This document shows positions 40,084 to 55,039 of a DNA stretch of 64,000 nucleotides, one piece after another. The notes beneath the pieces are model-generated. The model was not told the origin of the DNA and ran no database searches. It saw only the letters and a program-made list of their open reading frames with translations. A program made the position numbers and the translations under genes. Position 1 is the stretch's first letter. Every line of letters begins with the position of its first letter. The DNA comes from Candidatus Omnitrophota bacterium. Lineage in GTDB: Bacteria > Omnitrophota > 4484-213. The stretch spans positions 1,582 to 65,581 of the forward strand of contig QNCL01000001.1 in the NCBI GenBank assembly GCA_003645805.1. Reading direction: 5' to 3'.

Positions 40084-41055
40084 ATGTTGGATAAAGAGAT
40101 CATCTCGCAGGCTCAGGAAGTTTTGCAAACCGAAGGGGAATCAATCTTAAGATTAATTCCTCGCTTAGGGAAGAACTTTATTCAGGCAATAGAACTCCTC
40201 TATCAGTGCAAGGGTAGAGTAATAATCATTGGTATGGGAAAACCTGGGATAATCGCCAAAAAGATCTCGGCTACCCTGGCTTCTACAGGGACTCCCAGTT
40301 TCTTCCTTCATCCTGCTGAGGCTGCACATGGAGATTTGGGAATGGTAACAGAGAGGGATATAGTGGTCATTTTATCCAACAGTGGAGAAACAGAAGAGAT
40401 AATTAAGATCTTGCCCTCTATAAAGAGAATAGGATCGAAGATAGTTGCTCTTACAGGGAAAGTAAACTCTACTTTAGCCAGAAATAGCGATGTGGTCTTG
40501 GATACCAGTGTAGAAAAGGAGGCATGCAAGTTGGGTTTGGCTCCTACCTCCAGCACCACTGCAATGCTGGCAATGGGAGATGCCCTTGCGGTGGTCCTTT
40601 TTCAGAAAAAGGGTTTCAGAAAAGAAGACTACGCATTTTTCCACCCAGGGGGTATTTTAGGAAAGAGACTACTTTTGCGGGTAAAAGACATAATGCGCAC
40701 CGGAAAAGCAAACCCTCTGGTAAGGGAGAATGAGATAGTAAGAAATGTTCTGCTAAGGATAACTCAAGCCCGTGCAGGAGCAGCAGTAGTAGTAGATGCT
40801 TATGGAAAGTTGGTGGGTATATTTACTGATGGAGACTTGAGACGGCATTTAGAGAAAGATGTACATCTTCTTAAAAGAAAAGTAAGCGAAGTAATGAGCA
40901 GAAAACCTGTAGTAGTAGATAAAGAGAGATTGGTAGTGGAGTGTGTAAAGATATTCGAGGAGAAGAAGATAGATGAGATTCCAGTAGTAGATGAGAATAA
41001 TATAGTAATCGGATTGTTGGATGTTCAGGATGTGTTAAAGTCAGGAGTGGTATAG
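40084..41055 (+). CDS. kdsD: arabinose-5-phosphate isomerase (SIS + CBS)
   Basis: GMGKPG, STGTP.FFLHPAEAAHGDLG, APTSST, FHPGG.LG, CBS pair. Confidence 0.93.
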   Translation: MLDKEIISQAQEVLQTEGESILRLIPRLGKNFIQAIELLYQCKGRVIIIGMGKPGIIAKKISATLASTGTPSFFLHPAEAAHGDLGMVTERDIVVILSNSGETEEIIKILPSIKRIGSKIVALTGKVNSTLARNSDVVLDTSVEKEACKLGLAPTSSTTAMLAMGDALAVVLFQKKGFRKEDYAFFHPGGILGKRLLLRVKDIMRTGKANPLVRENEIVRNVLLRITQARAGAAVVVDAYGKLVGIFTDGDLRRHLEKDVHLLKRKVSEVMSRKPVVVDKERLVVECVKIFEEKKIDEIPVVDENNIVIGLLDVQDVLKSGVV

Positions 41056-41084
41056 ATAATCCCTCAGTTTACTTGCCGAGAGAG

Positions 41085-41627
41085 ATGGAAGAGAGGTTGG
41101 TAGAAAAATTCAAAAGGGTTAAACTTCTTCTCTTAGATGTAGATGGAGTGCTCACAGAAGGGAGAATAATGTTTTTGGGAAACATAGAGGAAATAAAGTG
41201 CTTTGATGTATATGATGGATTAGGGGTGGTGTTGCTGAAAAGGGCAGGGATTAAAACTATAATCATTACTGCCAAAAAGTCATCAGCGGTAAGAAAAAGG
41301 GCAAAGGAGATGGAGATAGAGGAGGTATATCAAGGAGTGCAGAATAAACTAAAAGTTTATCAAAAGATTCTCAAAAAACACAAGGTTCTTCCTGAGGAGA
41401 TAGGTTTTATAGGAGATGAGATAATAGATCTACCGGTATTGGAAAAGGTAGGTTTAAGCATTGCTGTGCCCAACGCAGTTGAGGAAGTAAAGCAAAAGGT
41501 AGACTATATTACCCATAAAGAAGGAGGAAGAGGGGCGGTGCGCGAGGTTTGTGAAATAATCTTAAAAACTCAAGGAAAATGGGAAGGGGCAATAAAGCGA
41601 TTTCTTAACCTTGAGAATTCTCATTAG
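41085..41627 (+). CDS. kdsC: KDO 8-phosphate phosphatase (HAD)
   Basis: DVDGVLT, FDVYDG.G, GDE..D, GGRGAVRE; follows kdsD. Confidence 0.92.
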   Translation: MEERLVEKFKRVKLLLLDVDGVLTEGRIMFLGNIEEIKCFDVYDGLGVVLLKRAGIKTIIITAKKSSAVRKRAKEMEIEEVYQGVQNKLKVYQKILKKHKVLPEEIGFIGDEIIDLPVLEKVGLSIAVPNAVEEVKQKVDYITHKEGGRGAVREVCEIILKTQGKWEGAIKRFLNLENSH

Positions 41628-41629
41628 AG

Positions 41630-42190
41630 ATGCAAGCGGAGAAAGGAGGAAAGATAGTGATAGGAGTCACCGGAGGATTCTGTGCAGGAAAAACTACAGT
41701 ATGCAACATCTTCAAGGAGTTAGACAAGGATATAGAGGTAATAGATGCTGACGAGATTGCCCATAAACTCTTAAAGATACCCGATCCTGAGCAAAGGAAA
41801 AAGATGGCTGAGGAGATATTTGCCGATGAGGGCAGGATAAGAAGATGGGAAAGCACTCTCCATCCTCTGATAATAGAGGAGATAAAAAAAAGGATAGAAG
41901 GAAGCAGGGCAAGGTTAATCCTTGTCGATGCTCCTCTTCTGATAGAAACAGGGACAGATAAACTTGTAGATAAGATAATTGTGGTAAGGGCATCCTTGGA
42001 TACCCAACTTTCTCGCTCCCAGAGCAGGGGTTTTTCTTCGCAGGATGCCCTAAGGAGGATAAAGCGTCAACTCCCTTTATCCGAGAAAATGAAGAAAGCA
42101 GATTATTTAATAGAGAATGATAAAGAGATAGAGGAAACAAGGAAGCAAGTAGAAGAAGTATGGAGGAGGATTGTACAATGCCTGAAGTAA
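41630..42190 (+). CDS. coaE: dephospho-CoA kinase
   Basis: [35 protein letters not shown]. Confidence 0.9.
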   Translation: MQAEKGGKIVIGVTGGFCAGKTTVCNIFKELDKDIEVIDADEIAHKLLKIPDPEQRKKMAEEIFADEGRIRRWESTLHPLIIEEIKKRIEGSRARLILVDAPLLIETGTDKLVDKIIVVRASLDTQLSRSQSRGFSSQDALRRIKRQLPLSEKMKKADYLIENDKEIEETRKQVEEVWRRIVQCLK

Positions 42191-43455
42191 TGAATATTGC
42201 CGAACTGAAACGCAAGAATATGAGCGAGTTAAACAAAATCGCTCGTGAGTTAGGGATTGAAGGAATAAGCGGTTTGCGGAAACAAGACCTTATCTTTCGC
42301 ATCCTGCAAACTCAGACAGAAAAGAATGGTTTGATATTCGGAGAAGGCGTGCTGGAGACCTTACAAGATGGCTTTGGTTTCCTAAGAAGCCCTAATTACA
42401 ACTATCTCCCCTGTCCGGATGACATCTATATCTCTCCTTCTCAGATTAGAAAGTTCAACTTATGCAAAGGGGATACGGTAAGTGGACAGATTCGTCCTCC
42501 TAAGGAAGGAGAGAAATACTTTGCGCTTCTGAAGATAGAAGCAGTGAACTTTGAGAATCCTGAGGCGACAAAGAATAAGGTGCTCTTTGATAACCTCACT
42601 CCCATCTACCCAAATGAAAGGTATATATTGGAGACTACTCCGGATGAAATCTCTATGCGCGTAATGGATCTTATCACCCCTGTAGGAAAAGGGCAAAGGG
42701 GTTTGATTGTTGCTCCTCCTTACAGTGGAAAAACTATCCTGCTCCAGAAGTTTGCCAATAGTATCACCAAGAATTACCCTGATGTATTCTTGATTATCTT
42801 ACTCATTGATGAGCGTCCAGAGGAGGTTACAGATATGCAAGAGTCGGTAAAAGCAGAGGTCATCAGTTCTACATTTGATGAATCTGCAGAAAGGCATATT
42901 CAGGTAGCAGAGATGGTTCTGGAGAAGGCAAAAAGGTTGGTGGAGTATAAGAAGGATGTAGTGATCCTCTTAGATAGCATTACCCGTCTGGCCAGAGCCT
43001 ATAATGCAGTAATGCCTCATAGCGGCAAGATTCTATCCGGAGGGTTAGACGCAGAGGCATTACAGAAACCCAAAAGGTTCTTTGGGGCTGCCCGGAATGT
43101 AAAGGAGGGAGGAAGTTTGACTATCATTGCTACCGCTTTGGTGGATACAGGAAGCAGAATGGATGATGTTATCTTTGAAGAGTTCAAAGGCACGGGAAAT
43201 ATGGAACTCCAGTTAGACCGTAACCTCTTCCAACGCCGTATCTATCCCGCTATTGATATAAAGCGCTCTAATACCCGTCATGAGGAGTTGCTCGTAAGCC
43301 CTGAAGAATTGTCAAAAATCTGGTTATTGAGAAAGATGCTTCAGGAGGTAAGCAGTGTAGAAGCAATGGAGTTGTTGATAGAAAGATTAAAAAAGACAAA
43401 GAATAATAAAGAGTTTTTAGCAACAATAAGAAATGTTTCTCGGGAGGAGTTATGA
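42178..43455 (+). CDS. rho: transcription termination factor Rho
   Basis: [42 protein letters not shown]; SD GGAGGAGG. Confidence 0.98.
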   Translation: MPEVMNIAELKRKNMSELNKIARELGIEGISGLRKQDLIFRILQTQTEKNGLIFGEGVLETLQDGFGFLRSPNYNYLPCPDDIYISPSQIRKFNLCKGDTVSGQIRPPKEGEKYFALLKIEAVNFENPEATKNKVLFDNLTPIYPNERYILETTPDEISMRVMDLITPVGKGQRGLIVAPPYSGKTILLQKFANSITKNYPDVFLIILLIDERPEEVTDMQESVKAEVISSTFDESAERHIQVAEMVLEKAKRLVEYKKDVVILLDSITRLARAYNAVMPHSGKILSGGLDAEALQKPKRFFGAARNVKEGGSLTIIATALVDTGSRMDDVIFEEFKGTGNMELQLDRNLFQRRIYPAIDIKRSNTRHEELLVSPEELSKIWLLRKMLQEVSSVEAMELLIERLKKTKNNKEFLATIRNVSREEL

Positions 43456-43652
43456 AGAAAAACATCCATCCACCGTATTATGAAACTACAATTACCTGTG
43501 CCTGTGGAGAAGTAATTCATACACGCTCTACGCGAAAGAACCTGCATGTGGAGATTTGTTCCAAGTGTCATCCTTTCTTTACAGGTAAAGAGAAACTGGT
43601 AGATTCTATGGGGAGAGTGGAAAGGTTTAGAAAGAAATACGAGAAGAAGTAA
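43452..43652 (+). CDS. rpmE: 50S ribosomal protein L31 (zinc-binding type)
   Basis: [28 protein letters not shown]. Confidence 0.97.
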   Translation: MKKNIHPPYYETTITCACGEVIHTRSTRKNLHVEICSKCHPFFTGKEKLVDSMGRVERFRKKYEKK

Positions 43653-43662
43653 AGTTCTCTTG

Positions 43663-43702
43663 ATTTGCCCTTTCCGAATAAGGAAAGCAAATAGGTTCTT
43701 TT
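43663..43702 (+). terminator. possible bulged hairpin/terminator between rpmE and ruvC
   Basis: ATTTG(CC)CTTTCC-GAATAA-GGAAAG-CAAAT followed by AGGTTCTTTT. Confidence 0.3.
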
Positions 43703-43705
43703 ATA

Positions 43706-44179
43706 ATGCGAGTATTGGGAATTGATCCGGGAACAATTACTACCGGGTTTGGAATAGTAGAGAATAAAAAAGGGGAATTGCAGGTATGTGAGTATGGACT
43801 GATCAAAACCAAGAAAAAATCTGCTCCGGGAGAGAGATTAAACTATATCCATCAGGAAGTGAGCAAGATAATCGGAAGGAGCAAATTGGATATAATGGTT
43901 ATAGAGGATATATTTCTGCATAAAAATTTCCGTTCGGCGGTAAGGATTGGAGAAGCAAGATGTTCAGCAATATTAGCCGCTCTAAAGCAGGGACTTAAGA
44001 TCATAGAGTATCTGCCCACAGAGATAAAGCAGGCAGTAGTGGGTAATGGAAGGGCTTCCAAGATACAGGTGCAGAGTATGGTAAAAAGGCTTCTTCATCT
44101 TCCCGTGTCTCCTCCTGCAGATGCTGCAGATGCTTTAGCAGCGGCTATCTGCCACTGTTATAGACAGAAATATGCTTGA
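43706..44179 (+). CDS. ruvC: Holliday junction resolvase
   Basis: LGIDPG, IE, GEAR, GNGRASK.QV, DAADALA. Confidence 0.96.
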   Translation: MRVLGIDPGTITTGFGIVENKKGELQVCEYGLIKTKKKSAPGERLNYIHQEVSKIIGRSKLDIMVIEDIFLHKNFRSAVRIGEARCSAILAALKQGLKIIEYLPTEIKQAVVGNGRASKIQVQSMVKRLLHLPVSPPADAADALAAAICHCYRQKYA

Positions 44180-44762
44180 GTATATCCAGGGAATATTGAG
44201 AGTAAAGAAAGGGGAGTATATAGTGGTGGATGTAGGGGGAATTGGTTATAGGATTAGTGTTCCTCTCTCTGTGCTGGAAAGAATAGGAGAGTTGGAAAAG
44301 GAGGTGAGATTATTCATCTATCCTTATCTTTCTCTCTCAGGCAAGAGCGCAAGTATCAAACTCTATGGATTCCTTAGTTCAGAGGAAAAAGAGTTGTTTA
44401 TCTCACTTCTCTCTATCTCAGGAATCGGACCGCGCATAGCCCTGGCTATCCTCTCCGGAAGCTCAGCAGATGATCTGCAGAAGGCAATTGCTAAGGGTAA
44501 TTATCAGATACTCAGTCGTATTCCTGGAATTGGAAAGAAGACTGCTCAACGCATAATCCTTGAATTGAAGGAAAAGGTAGAGTTGCCCAAACTGGAAGAA
44601 GAGGAAGATATAGAAAGAGATGCTGTCTCTGCTCTGGTTTCTTTAGGGTATAAAAAACAGAGAGCGCAAGAGATGGTAAGCAAGGTGTTGAGGAAACAAT
44701 CATCAGAGGAAATAGAATTAGAAAAGATTATTCGTGAAGCCCTATGCCAGTGCGTCCAATAA
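44172..44762 (+). CDS. ruvA: Holliday junction branch migration protein
   Basis: [33 protein letters not shown]. Confidence 0.96.
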   Translation: MLEYIQGILRVKKGEYIVVDVGGIGYRISVPLSVLERIGELEKEVRLFIYPYLSLSGKSASIKLYGFLSSEEKELFISLLSISGIGPRIALAILSGSSADDLQKAIAKGNYQILSRIPGIGKKTAQRIILELKEKVELPKLEEEEDIERDAVSALVSLGYKKQRAQEMVSKVLRKQSSEEIELEKIIREALCQCVQ

Positions 44763-45769
44763 CCCCATTAAAAGAAAACGAGGATACAGAGTATGAGAAT
44801 ATCCTCCGCCCTTCCTCCTGGAAATACTTTGTGGGGCAGGAGAGATTGAAGAAGAACCTCAGAATCTTTATTCAAGCAGCAAAGCAAAGAAATGAGTGTT
44901 TAGACCATCTCTTGTTTTTTGGACCTCCCGGATTAGGAAAAACTACCTTGGCTTATATTGTTGCTAAAGAAATGGGGGTGCAAATAAAAGTTTCCTCAGG
45001 GACGATATTAGAGCGCCCTGGAGATTTAGCCGGTTTGCTTACTAATCTAAAGCGAGGGGAGGTGTTATTTATTGATGAGATTCACCGCCTTCCGCGAGTA
45101 GTAGAGGAGTATCTCTACTCGGCAATGGAAGACTATTCTCTGGATATCATCCTGGATAAAGGACCTAATGCTCGTTCTGTTAAACTCCGCCTTGCTCCCT
45201 TTACCTTGATAGGAGCCACTACTCGCAGTGGTCTTCTCACCTCTCCTTTAAGATCACGCTTTGGGGTGATTAGCCGACTGGATTATTATTCTCCTTCAGA
45301 GTTATGCGAGATCATCCTTAACTCCAGCAGACTTCTGAATCTGGATATCGATCGCGAAGGGGCAGAGGAGATCGCTTTGCGCTCCAGAGGGACTCCCCGC
45401 ATTGCTAATCGTTTGCTCCGAAGAATAAGAGACTATGCCCAAGTAGAGGGGAAGGGAAAGGTTAGCAAAGAGATTGCGGAAAGGGCTCTGGAGATGCTGG
45501 AGGTAGATAAACTTGGCTTGGACGAAATGGACAAGAGGATTCTGGAGACAATTATCAGCAAATTTAATGGTGGCCCTGTAGGAATAAGCACTATTGCAGT
45601 AGCAGTGGGTGAGGAGGAGGATACTCTTGAGGAGATCTATGAGCCCTATCTTATTCAGGAGGGTTTTCTTCAGCGCACTCCTCAAGGGCGGATTGCTACA
45701 GAGAAGGCATATAAACATTTCGGTTTTTCCTTTATGGGAAATCGCCAAAGAAGAATAAAATGGGATTAG
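44744..45769 (+). CDS. ruvB: Holliday junction branch migration ATPase
   Basis: [38 protein letters not shown]. Confidence 0.98.
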   Translation: MPVRPITPLKENEDTEYENILRPSSWKYFVGQERLKKNLRIFIQAAKQRNECLDHLLFFGPPGLGKTTLAYIVAKEMGVQIKVSSGTILERPGDLAGLLTNLKRGEVLFIDEIHRLPRVVEEYLYSAMEDYSLDIILDKGPNARSVKLRLAPFTLIGATTRSGLLTSPLRSRFGVISRLDYYSPSELCEIILNSSRLLNLDIDREGAEEIALRSRGTPRIANRLLRRIRDYAQVEGKGKVSKEIAERALEMLEVDKLGLDEMDKRILETIISKFNGGPVGISTIAVAVGEEEDTLEEIYEPYLIQEGFLQRTPQGRIATEKAYKHFGFSFMGNRQRRIKWD

Positions 45770-45978
45770 AGTTGATAGGAAGATTTATGATTCTATCAGG
45801 GATAATCTTGCTTCTTCTGGGAGGAATATTTATAATGGCAAAGAATATTCCTTTTATAGGACATCTACCCGGAGATATCCTTATCCGAAAGGAAAACTTC
45901 TCCTTTTATTTTCCCTTGACTACCTGTATTCTCCTCAGCCTGCTCTTTTCTTTAATCTTCTGGCTCTTTCACCGATGA
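45760..45978 (+). CDS. DUF2905 membrane protein
   Basis: [19 protein letters not shown]; usual ruvB neighbour. Confidence 0.88.
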   Translation: MGLELIGRFMILSGIILLLLGGIFIMAKNIPFIGHLPGDILIRKENFSFYFPLTTCILLSLLFSLIFWLFHR

Positions 45979-47129
45979 ATCTTTTTCTTACTCTACTGGT
46001 TTTTATTATTACCTGTTTCTCCTCTATATCTCCTGCTTACGGCTTAGCCACTCCTCCTCTGGAGCAAAGGTATTTTATTCGCGTGGCTATATTAAAAGAA
46101 GCAAAAGAGTTCACTCTCTCGGTAAAAGGAAGATTTGAGATATGCGCTCCTTATACTGACCAGGTACTGCAGGAGAGCCAAGGTCTGCATAAAGCCAAGG
46201 TAGTGCCTATCCCTGCAGGAATAAAGATTAATAAATATCCCTTTAAGATTTGCGCAATAAAGATTAAACCTAAAAGAGAAGCGGCTATCTTCTTAAATAG
46301 ATATCGTCTGCGAGGTAATCTGGAGATTATTCGTCAGAAGAATGGAAGATTATTGGCTATTAATGAAGTAGATATTGAGGACTATCTGTGTGGAGTTTTG
46401 CGCGCCGAGGTTTCTCCTCACTGGCCTATGGAGGTTTTGAAAGCCCAAGCGGTAGCCGCTCGCACTTTTGCTCTCTATCAGGCTCTGGCAAACAAGGACA
46501 AAGACTATGCGCTAGATAACACCATCTATTCTCAACTATATGGAGGAGTAAGACAGGAAACCTGGCGCACAAGGCGAGCAGTTTATCAAACAAAAGGAGA
46601 GGTATTGAAGTATAAAGGAAAACTCTTTCCTGCCTTCTTTCATGCTATCTGTGGAGGACATACAGAGGATGCAAGTAAACTCTGGAAGATAGACATTCCT
46701 CCTTTGAAAGGAGTGAATTGTCCGTTTTGTTTCCGTTCCCCTTATTATCATTGGAGAGCCAGAATTCCTTTAGAGAGGATAAGAGAAAGATTAAATAAAG
46801 AAGGATACAAGATAGAAAAGATTCTTTCTCTCTCCTGTCTAGGGTATGATGAAAGTGGACGAGTGGAAAGGATAGAGATAAGGACAAAGAAAAGAGAAGT
46901 AGAGATACCCGCAAACAGGTTTCGTTTACTTATCGGGTCAAATTTGATTCGGAGCACAAATTTTAGAGTTAAAACAAGAGGAGATAAAGTAATATTTGAA
47001 GGGATCGGCTGGGGGCATGGGGTAGGTCTCTGTCAGTGGGGAGCATATTTTATGGCAAAAAGAGGATTTGATTACCATCAAATTTTAGAGTATTATTATC
47101 CCCAGGCGAAGATCGTTAGGCTATACTAA
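45975..47129 (+). CDS. SpoIID/LytB-domain lytic transglycosylase
   Basis: Signal peptide; EDYLCGV..E, KAQAVAART, Q.YGG, GWGHGVGLCQWGA. Confidence 0.9.
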   Translation: MNLFLTLLVFIITCFSSISPAYGLATPPLEQRYFIRVAILKEAKEFTLSVKGRFEICAPYTDQVLQESQGLHKAKVVPIPAGIKINKYPFKICAIKIKPKREAAIFLNRYRLRGNLEIIRQKNGRLLAINEVDIEDYLCGVLRAEVSPHWPMEVLKAQAVAARTFALYQALANKDKDYALDNTIYSQLYGGVRQETWRTRRAVYQTKGEVLKYKGKLFPAFFHAICGGHTEDASKLWKIDIPPLKGVNCPFCFRSPYYHWRARIPLERIRERLNKEGYKIEKILSLSCLGYDESGRVERIEIRTKKREVEIPANRFRLLIGSNLIRSTNFRVKTRGDKVIFEGIGWGHGVGLCQWGAYFMAKRGFDYHQILEYYYPQAKIVRLY

Positions 47130-47156
47130 GAAGCCAAAAATAGGCAAGGAGGAACA

Positions 47157-47447
47157 ATGTTTGTATCTATAATGCAAATTTCTGGTAGAGAAAACCTATT
47201 TGTGAGTATGCTTCCTCTGTTTTTGATATTTGCTATCTTTTATTTCCTGCTTATCCTTCCTCAACAGAGAATGAGAAAGGAGCATCAAATAATGCTTTCC
47301 AAACTCTCCAAAGGAGATAGAGTAATTACTAATGGGGGTATTTATGCCACGGTAATAGAGGTTAAGGGGAATATCGTGGTGTTGAAGATCAGCGAAAATA
47401 CAAAGATAGAGATTCAGAAAGAAGCAATAGCGCAGAAACTGAAATAA
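47157..47447 (+). CDS. yajC: preprotein translocase subunit YajC
   Basis: FYFLLILPQ, KGDRVIT.GG; SD AAGGAGG. Confidence 0.92.
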   Translation: MFVSIMQISGRENLFVSMLPLFLIFAIFYFLLILPQQRMRKEHQIMLSKLSKGDRVITNGGIYATVIEVKGNIVVLKISENTKIEIQKEAIAQKLK

Positions 47448-47459
47448 GAGATCTTTAAG

Positions 47460-51411
<3,952 letters not shown>

Positions 51412-51422
<11 letters not shown>

Positions 51423-52068
51423 ACGGAAAGAGAGAGGAAAGTTTATTACCTTTGAGGGAACAGAGGGAAGTGGCAAATCTACCCAGATACAGCTAAGCAT
51501 AGAGTTTTTGCAAAGCAAAGGTTTCTCTGTGGTGTTTACCCATGAACCCGGGGGAACAAGGATTGGAGAGAGAATAAGAGATATTTTATTAAAGAAAGAG
51601 TATAAGGAAATGGATGATTACTGCGAGACATTTCTTTTCTTTGCTTCGCGCGCCCAGTTGATAAAGGAGGTAATAAACCCTGCACTTAGTGAGGGCAAGA
51701 TAGTGCTCTGCGACCGTTTTTTGGATGCTACTATCTGCTATCAGGGCTATGGAAATGGAATAGATATTGAGTTTATACACCAGATGAGCCGCTTTATAGA
51801 TATTAAGCCCGATTTAACCATTCTTCTGGATATAGAACCAGAGGAAGGGTTGAAGAGATTAAGGGAAAAGGACAGAATAGAAGAGAGAGACCTGGGTTAT
51901 TATCAAAGAGTGAGAAGAGGGTATCTGGAGTTGGCTAAAAGAGAACCGAGAAGGATAAAGGTAATAAAAGTGGAGGGAGTAGAGAAGACAAGAAAGAGGA
52001 TAGAAGAAACACTGAGGGAGTTTCTGCTTCTTCCCAGAGAAGATGAAAAGGGTGATAGAGGGGTTTAA
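51412..52068 (+). CDS. tmk: thymidylate kinase
   Basis: FITFEG.EGSGKST, EPGGT, CDRF, YQG.G, PDLT. Confidence 0.96.
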
Positions 52069-52876
52069 GGAAGCAATAAGAAAGAATAGGGTAGGGCACA
52101 GCTATCTGTTTGTAGGAGGAAACGAAGAGGCGAGAAAAATAGGAATAAAGTTTGCGCAAATGCTTAATTGCGAACAAAAAGAAGGAGAGATATGTGGTTC
52201 TTGTTATTCCTGCCAGAAACTCGATGCTCTCACCCATCCTGACTTAGAGATAATTAGCGTAGATGAGTTTCGGGAGGAAAACAAAGAGAATAGAAGATCC
52301 GATTCGCTAAAGATAGAGCAGATAAGAAAACTAAAAACCTGGATATCCTTGAAGCCTTATTGTGCAAGATATAAGATAGGTTTTATTCTGGATGCCCAGT
52401 TGCTTACCGAAGAGGCGTCCAATGCTTTATTAAAGACCTTGGAGGAGCCTCCTATTCATTCTTTGCTCATTATCTTTGCAGATTCTACTTACTCTCTTGT
52501 TCCCACTATAGTCTCTCGCTGTCAGATAATAAGATTTCCTGCAGGACAAGTAAAGACCGAGGATATACACTCTGCGCTCACTCTTCTCCAGGATAAAGAG
52601 GCTTTACTGAGCAAGTCAAGGTTAGAATGGAAGGAGATATTACACACAGGGCTTCGGTGGTGGAGGGACATTCTCATCTTCAAACTCTGTGCAGAGAGCA
52701 AGGTTCTGTTTAACAAAGAAAAGATAGAACTAATCAGGAAAGAAAGCGAGAGATATTCCTTGGAACAGGTAAAAAGGAAGATGGAGGTTCTGGAGAAGAG
52801 TTATAACCTTATAAATCGCAATCTTAATCCTAAGATAGTGTTTGCAAATATGCTCGAGGGCTTAAAAGATGTTTGA
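52043..52876 (+). CDS. holB: DNA polymerase III delta' subunit
   Basis: HSYLF, zinc Cys cluster, HPD, ASNALLKTLEEPP, PTIVSRC; tmk-holB synteny. Confidence 0.9.
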   Translation: MKRVIEGFKEAIRKNRVGHSYLFVGGNEEARKIGIKFAQMLNCEQKEGEICGSCYSCQKLDALTHPDLEIISVDEFREENKENRRSDSLKIEQIRKLKTWISLKPYCARYKIGFILDAQLLTEEASNALLKTLEEPPIHSLLIIFADSTYSLVPTIVSRCQIIRFPAGQVKTEDIHSALTLLQDKEALLSKSRLEWKEILHTGLRWWRDILIFKLCAESKVLFNKEKIELIRKESERYSLEQVKRKMEVLEKSYNLINRNLNPKIVFANMLEGLKDV

Positions 52877-53558
52877 AGTGGTGGAGGTAAAGGTCAGAGA
52901 AGGAGGAGGAATCTTCTATTACAGTACCAATGGTCTTAATCTAAATGTAGGAGATTGTGTAATTATCGAAGCAGAGCGAGGAATAGACTACGGAGAGGTA
53001 ATCTCTCCTCGAGAGGTTATATTAGATAGTGAAGTAGAGCATCCTTTGCGTCGTGTCATTCGCAAAGCCACTCGTGAGGATATAGAGAAAATCAAAAAGA
53101 ATAAGGAAGAGGCGAAAAAAGCGTTTGGAATTTGTTTAAAGAAGATAGATAAGCATAAGTTAGAGATGAAGTTAATTCAAGCAGAGTATTCCTTTGATAG
53201 AAGCAAGATAATCTTCTACTTTACCGCAAAAGGAAGGATAGATTTCAGGAAGTTGGTAAGAGATTTGGCTACTATATTCAAGATAAGAATAGAGATGAGG
53301 CAAATCGGGGTGCGTGATGAGGCAAAGTTGCGGGGAGGATTTGGACCTTGCGGTTTGCCTCTTTGCTGTACTACATTCCTGAAGGAGTTCAGTAGCGTGA
53401 CTCTCCAGATGGCCAGAAATCAAAATCTCCCTTTAAATCCTAATAAGATATCGGGGTTATGTGGGAGACTGATGTGTTGCCTAACCTATGAACACTCTGA
53501 TTATGCTAATGAAAAGGAGAAGAGAAAAGAAAAAAAGAAAGAGGAGGGAAAGGAATGA
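52869..53558 (+). CDS. PSP1 / RicT (YaaT) family protein
   Basis: FYFTA.GRIDFR.LV, RIEMRQIGVRDEA, GPCGLPLCC, SGLCGRLMCCL. Confidence 0.92.
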   Translation: MFEVVEVKVREGGGIFYYSTNGLNLNVGDCVIIEAERGIDYGEVISPREVILDSEVEHPLRRVIRKATREDIEKIKKNKEEAKKAFGICLKKIDKHKLEMKLIQAEYSFDRSKIIFYFTAKGRIDFRKLVRDLATIFKIRIEMRQIGVRDEAKLRGGFGPCGLPLCCTTFLKEFSSVTLQMARNQNLPLNPNKISGLCGRLMCCLTYEHSDYANEKEKRKEKKKEEGKE

Positions 53559-55039
53559 AGTTTTATATTACTACTCCTTTATATTATATAAATGCTGAAC
53601 CCCACATTGGTCATTCTTACACCAATATCGCTGCTGATTGTTTAGCCCGATATATGCGTCAACTCTATGGTGAGGAGAGTGTATATTTACTTACAGGCAC
53701 TGATGAGCATGGACAGAAGATAAAGAAAGCGGCTCAGCAAGCAGGCAAGGATCCCAAGGAGTTTGCGGATACAGTGGTAGAGCAATTTAAACACCTGTGG
53801 AAGGTGTTAGATATCTCCTATAACGATTTTATTCGCACTACTGAGCAAAGGCATATCAATACAGTAAAGCGGGTGCTGGAGATTCTATATAGAAAAGGAG
53901 ACATCTATTTAGCCAAATATGAGGGATGGTATTGCACACCCTGCGAGACCTTCTGGCCAAGTTCGCAGGTAAGTAAAGAACAATGTCCTGATTGTCAAAG
54001 ACCTGTGGAGAGGGTGAAAGAAAAAAATTACTTCTTTAGGCTGTCCAAATATCAAGATTGGTTAATCAACCATATTCACACCCATCCTTGTTTTATCCGC
54101 CCTTCTGTGCGTTCCCGGGAAATCCTGAGTTTCCTCCAACAACCCCTTACTGACCTGTGTATCTCTCGTCCACGCGAGCGTTTAAGTTGGGGAATAGAAC
54201 TTCCTTTTGATTCTTCCTATGTAACATATGTATGGTTTGATGCCTTGATTAACTATATTAGTGCAGTAGGAACATTTGATAGTCAAGACAGATATCATTC
54301 TCGCTGGTGGCCTGCAGACTTGCATCTGGTAGGGAAAGATATTCTCAGACAGCACGCAATATACTGGCCTATTATGCTCTATGCTCTGGGTATAGAGCCT
54401 CCGAAGACAATCTTTGCCCATGGCTGGTGGTTGATGGGCAAAGACAAGATGTCCAAATCCCGCGGGAATATCATCTCTCCTTATACAATAGTGGAGAGGT
54501 TTGGAGTGGATGTATATCGATACTTTCTGCTTAAGGATGTTCCTTTTGGCCAGGATGGACACTTCTCAGAGGAAGCAGTGATTAAGAGGTTTAATAGTGA
54601 CCTAGCCAATGACCTGGGAAACTTAGTGCATCGCACTCTCTCAATGATAGAAAAGTATCTGGAAGGAAAGCCTCCAAAGGAAAGAGAGTGCAGGGACAGA
54701 GAAGAAACGGAAATAGAGAGGAAAATAGAGAACCTTCCTTCCCAGATTAGAAACTCTCTCTCTGCAGAGAACGATTTTAATTTTGCCTTTGCGCTTGAGC
54801 AGATATGGGAGTTGGTAAATATGGCTAATAAGTTTATTGAGGAAACAAAACCCTGGATTTTGCTCAAGGAGAAGAAAACAGAGAAACTGGAAAGATTCCT
54901 CTTTCTTTTATTAAAGGCGATAAAAAAGATAGCGGAATCCTTGCAAGCGTTTATGCCTCAGACTGCCAGAGTGATTTTAGAGCATTTAGAGAAGGAAGAG
55001 ATAAAAAAGGGGAAGGCTTTATTTCCGAGGATAAGATGA
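53555..55039 (+). CDS. metG: methionine--tRNA ligase (short form without C-terminal tRNA-binding domain)
   Basis: YITTPLYY, HIGH, GTDEHG, YVWFDAL, KMSKS. Confidence 0.96.
   Translation: MKFYITTPLYYINAEPHIGHSYTNIAADCLARYMRQLYGEESVYLLTGTDEHGQKIKKAAQQAGKDPKEFADTVVEQFKHLWKVLDISYNDFIRTTEQRHINTVKRVLEILYRKGDIYLAKYEGWYCTPCETFWPSSQVSKEQCPDCQRPVERVKEKNYFFRLSKYQDWLINHIHTHPCFIRPSVRSREILSFLQQPLTDLCISRPRERLSWGIELPFDSSYVTYVWFDALINYISAVGTFDSQDRYHSRWWPADLHLVGKDILRQHAIYWPIMLYALGIEPPKTIFAHGWWLMGKDKMSKSRGNIISPYTIVERFGVDVYRYFLLKDVPFGQDGHFSEEAVIKRFNSDLANDLGNLVHRTLSMIEKYLEGKPPKERECRDREETEIERKIENLPSQIRNSLSAENDFNFAFALEQIWELVNMANKFIEETKPWILLKEKKTEKLERFLFLLLKAIKKIAESLQAFMPQTARVILEHLEKEEIKKGKALFPRIR

Noticed and set aside
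43433-43448. parS-like TGTTTCTCG at the end of rho (and a similar word at the end of efp, ~19350)
   Set aside because: Four or more mismatches to TGTTTCACGTGAAACA and not palindromic; explained by VSR codons
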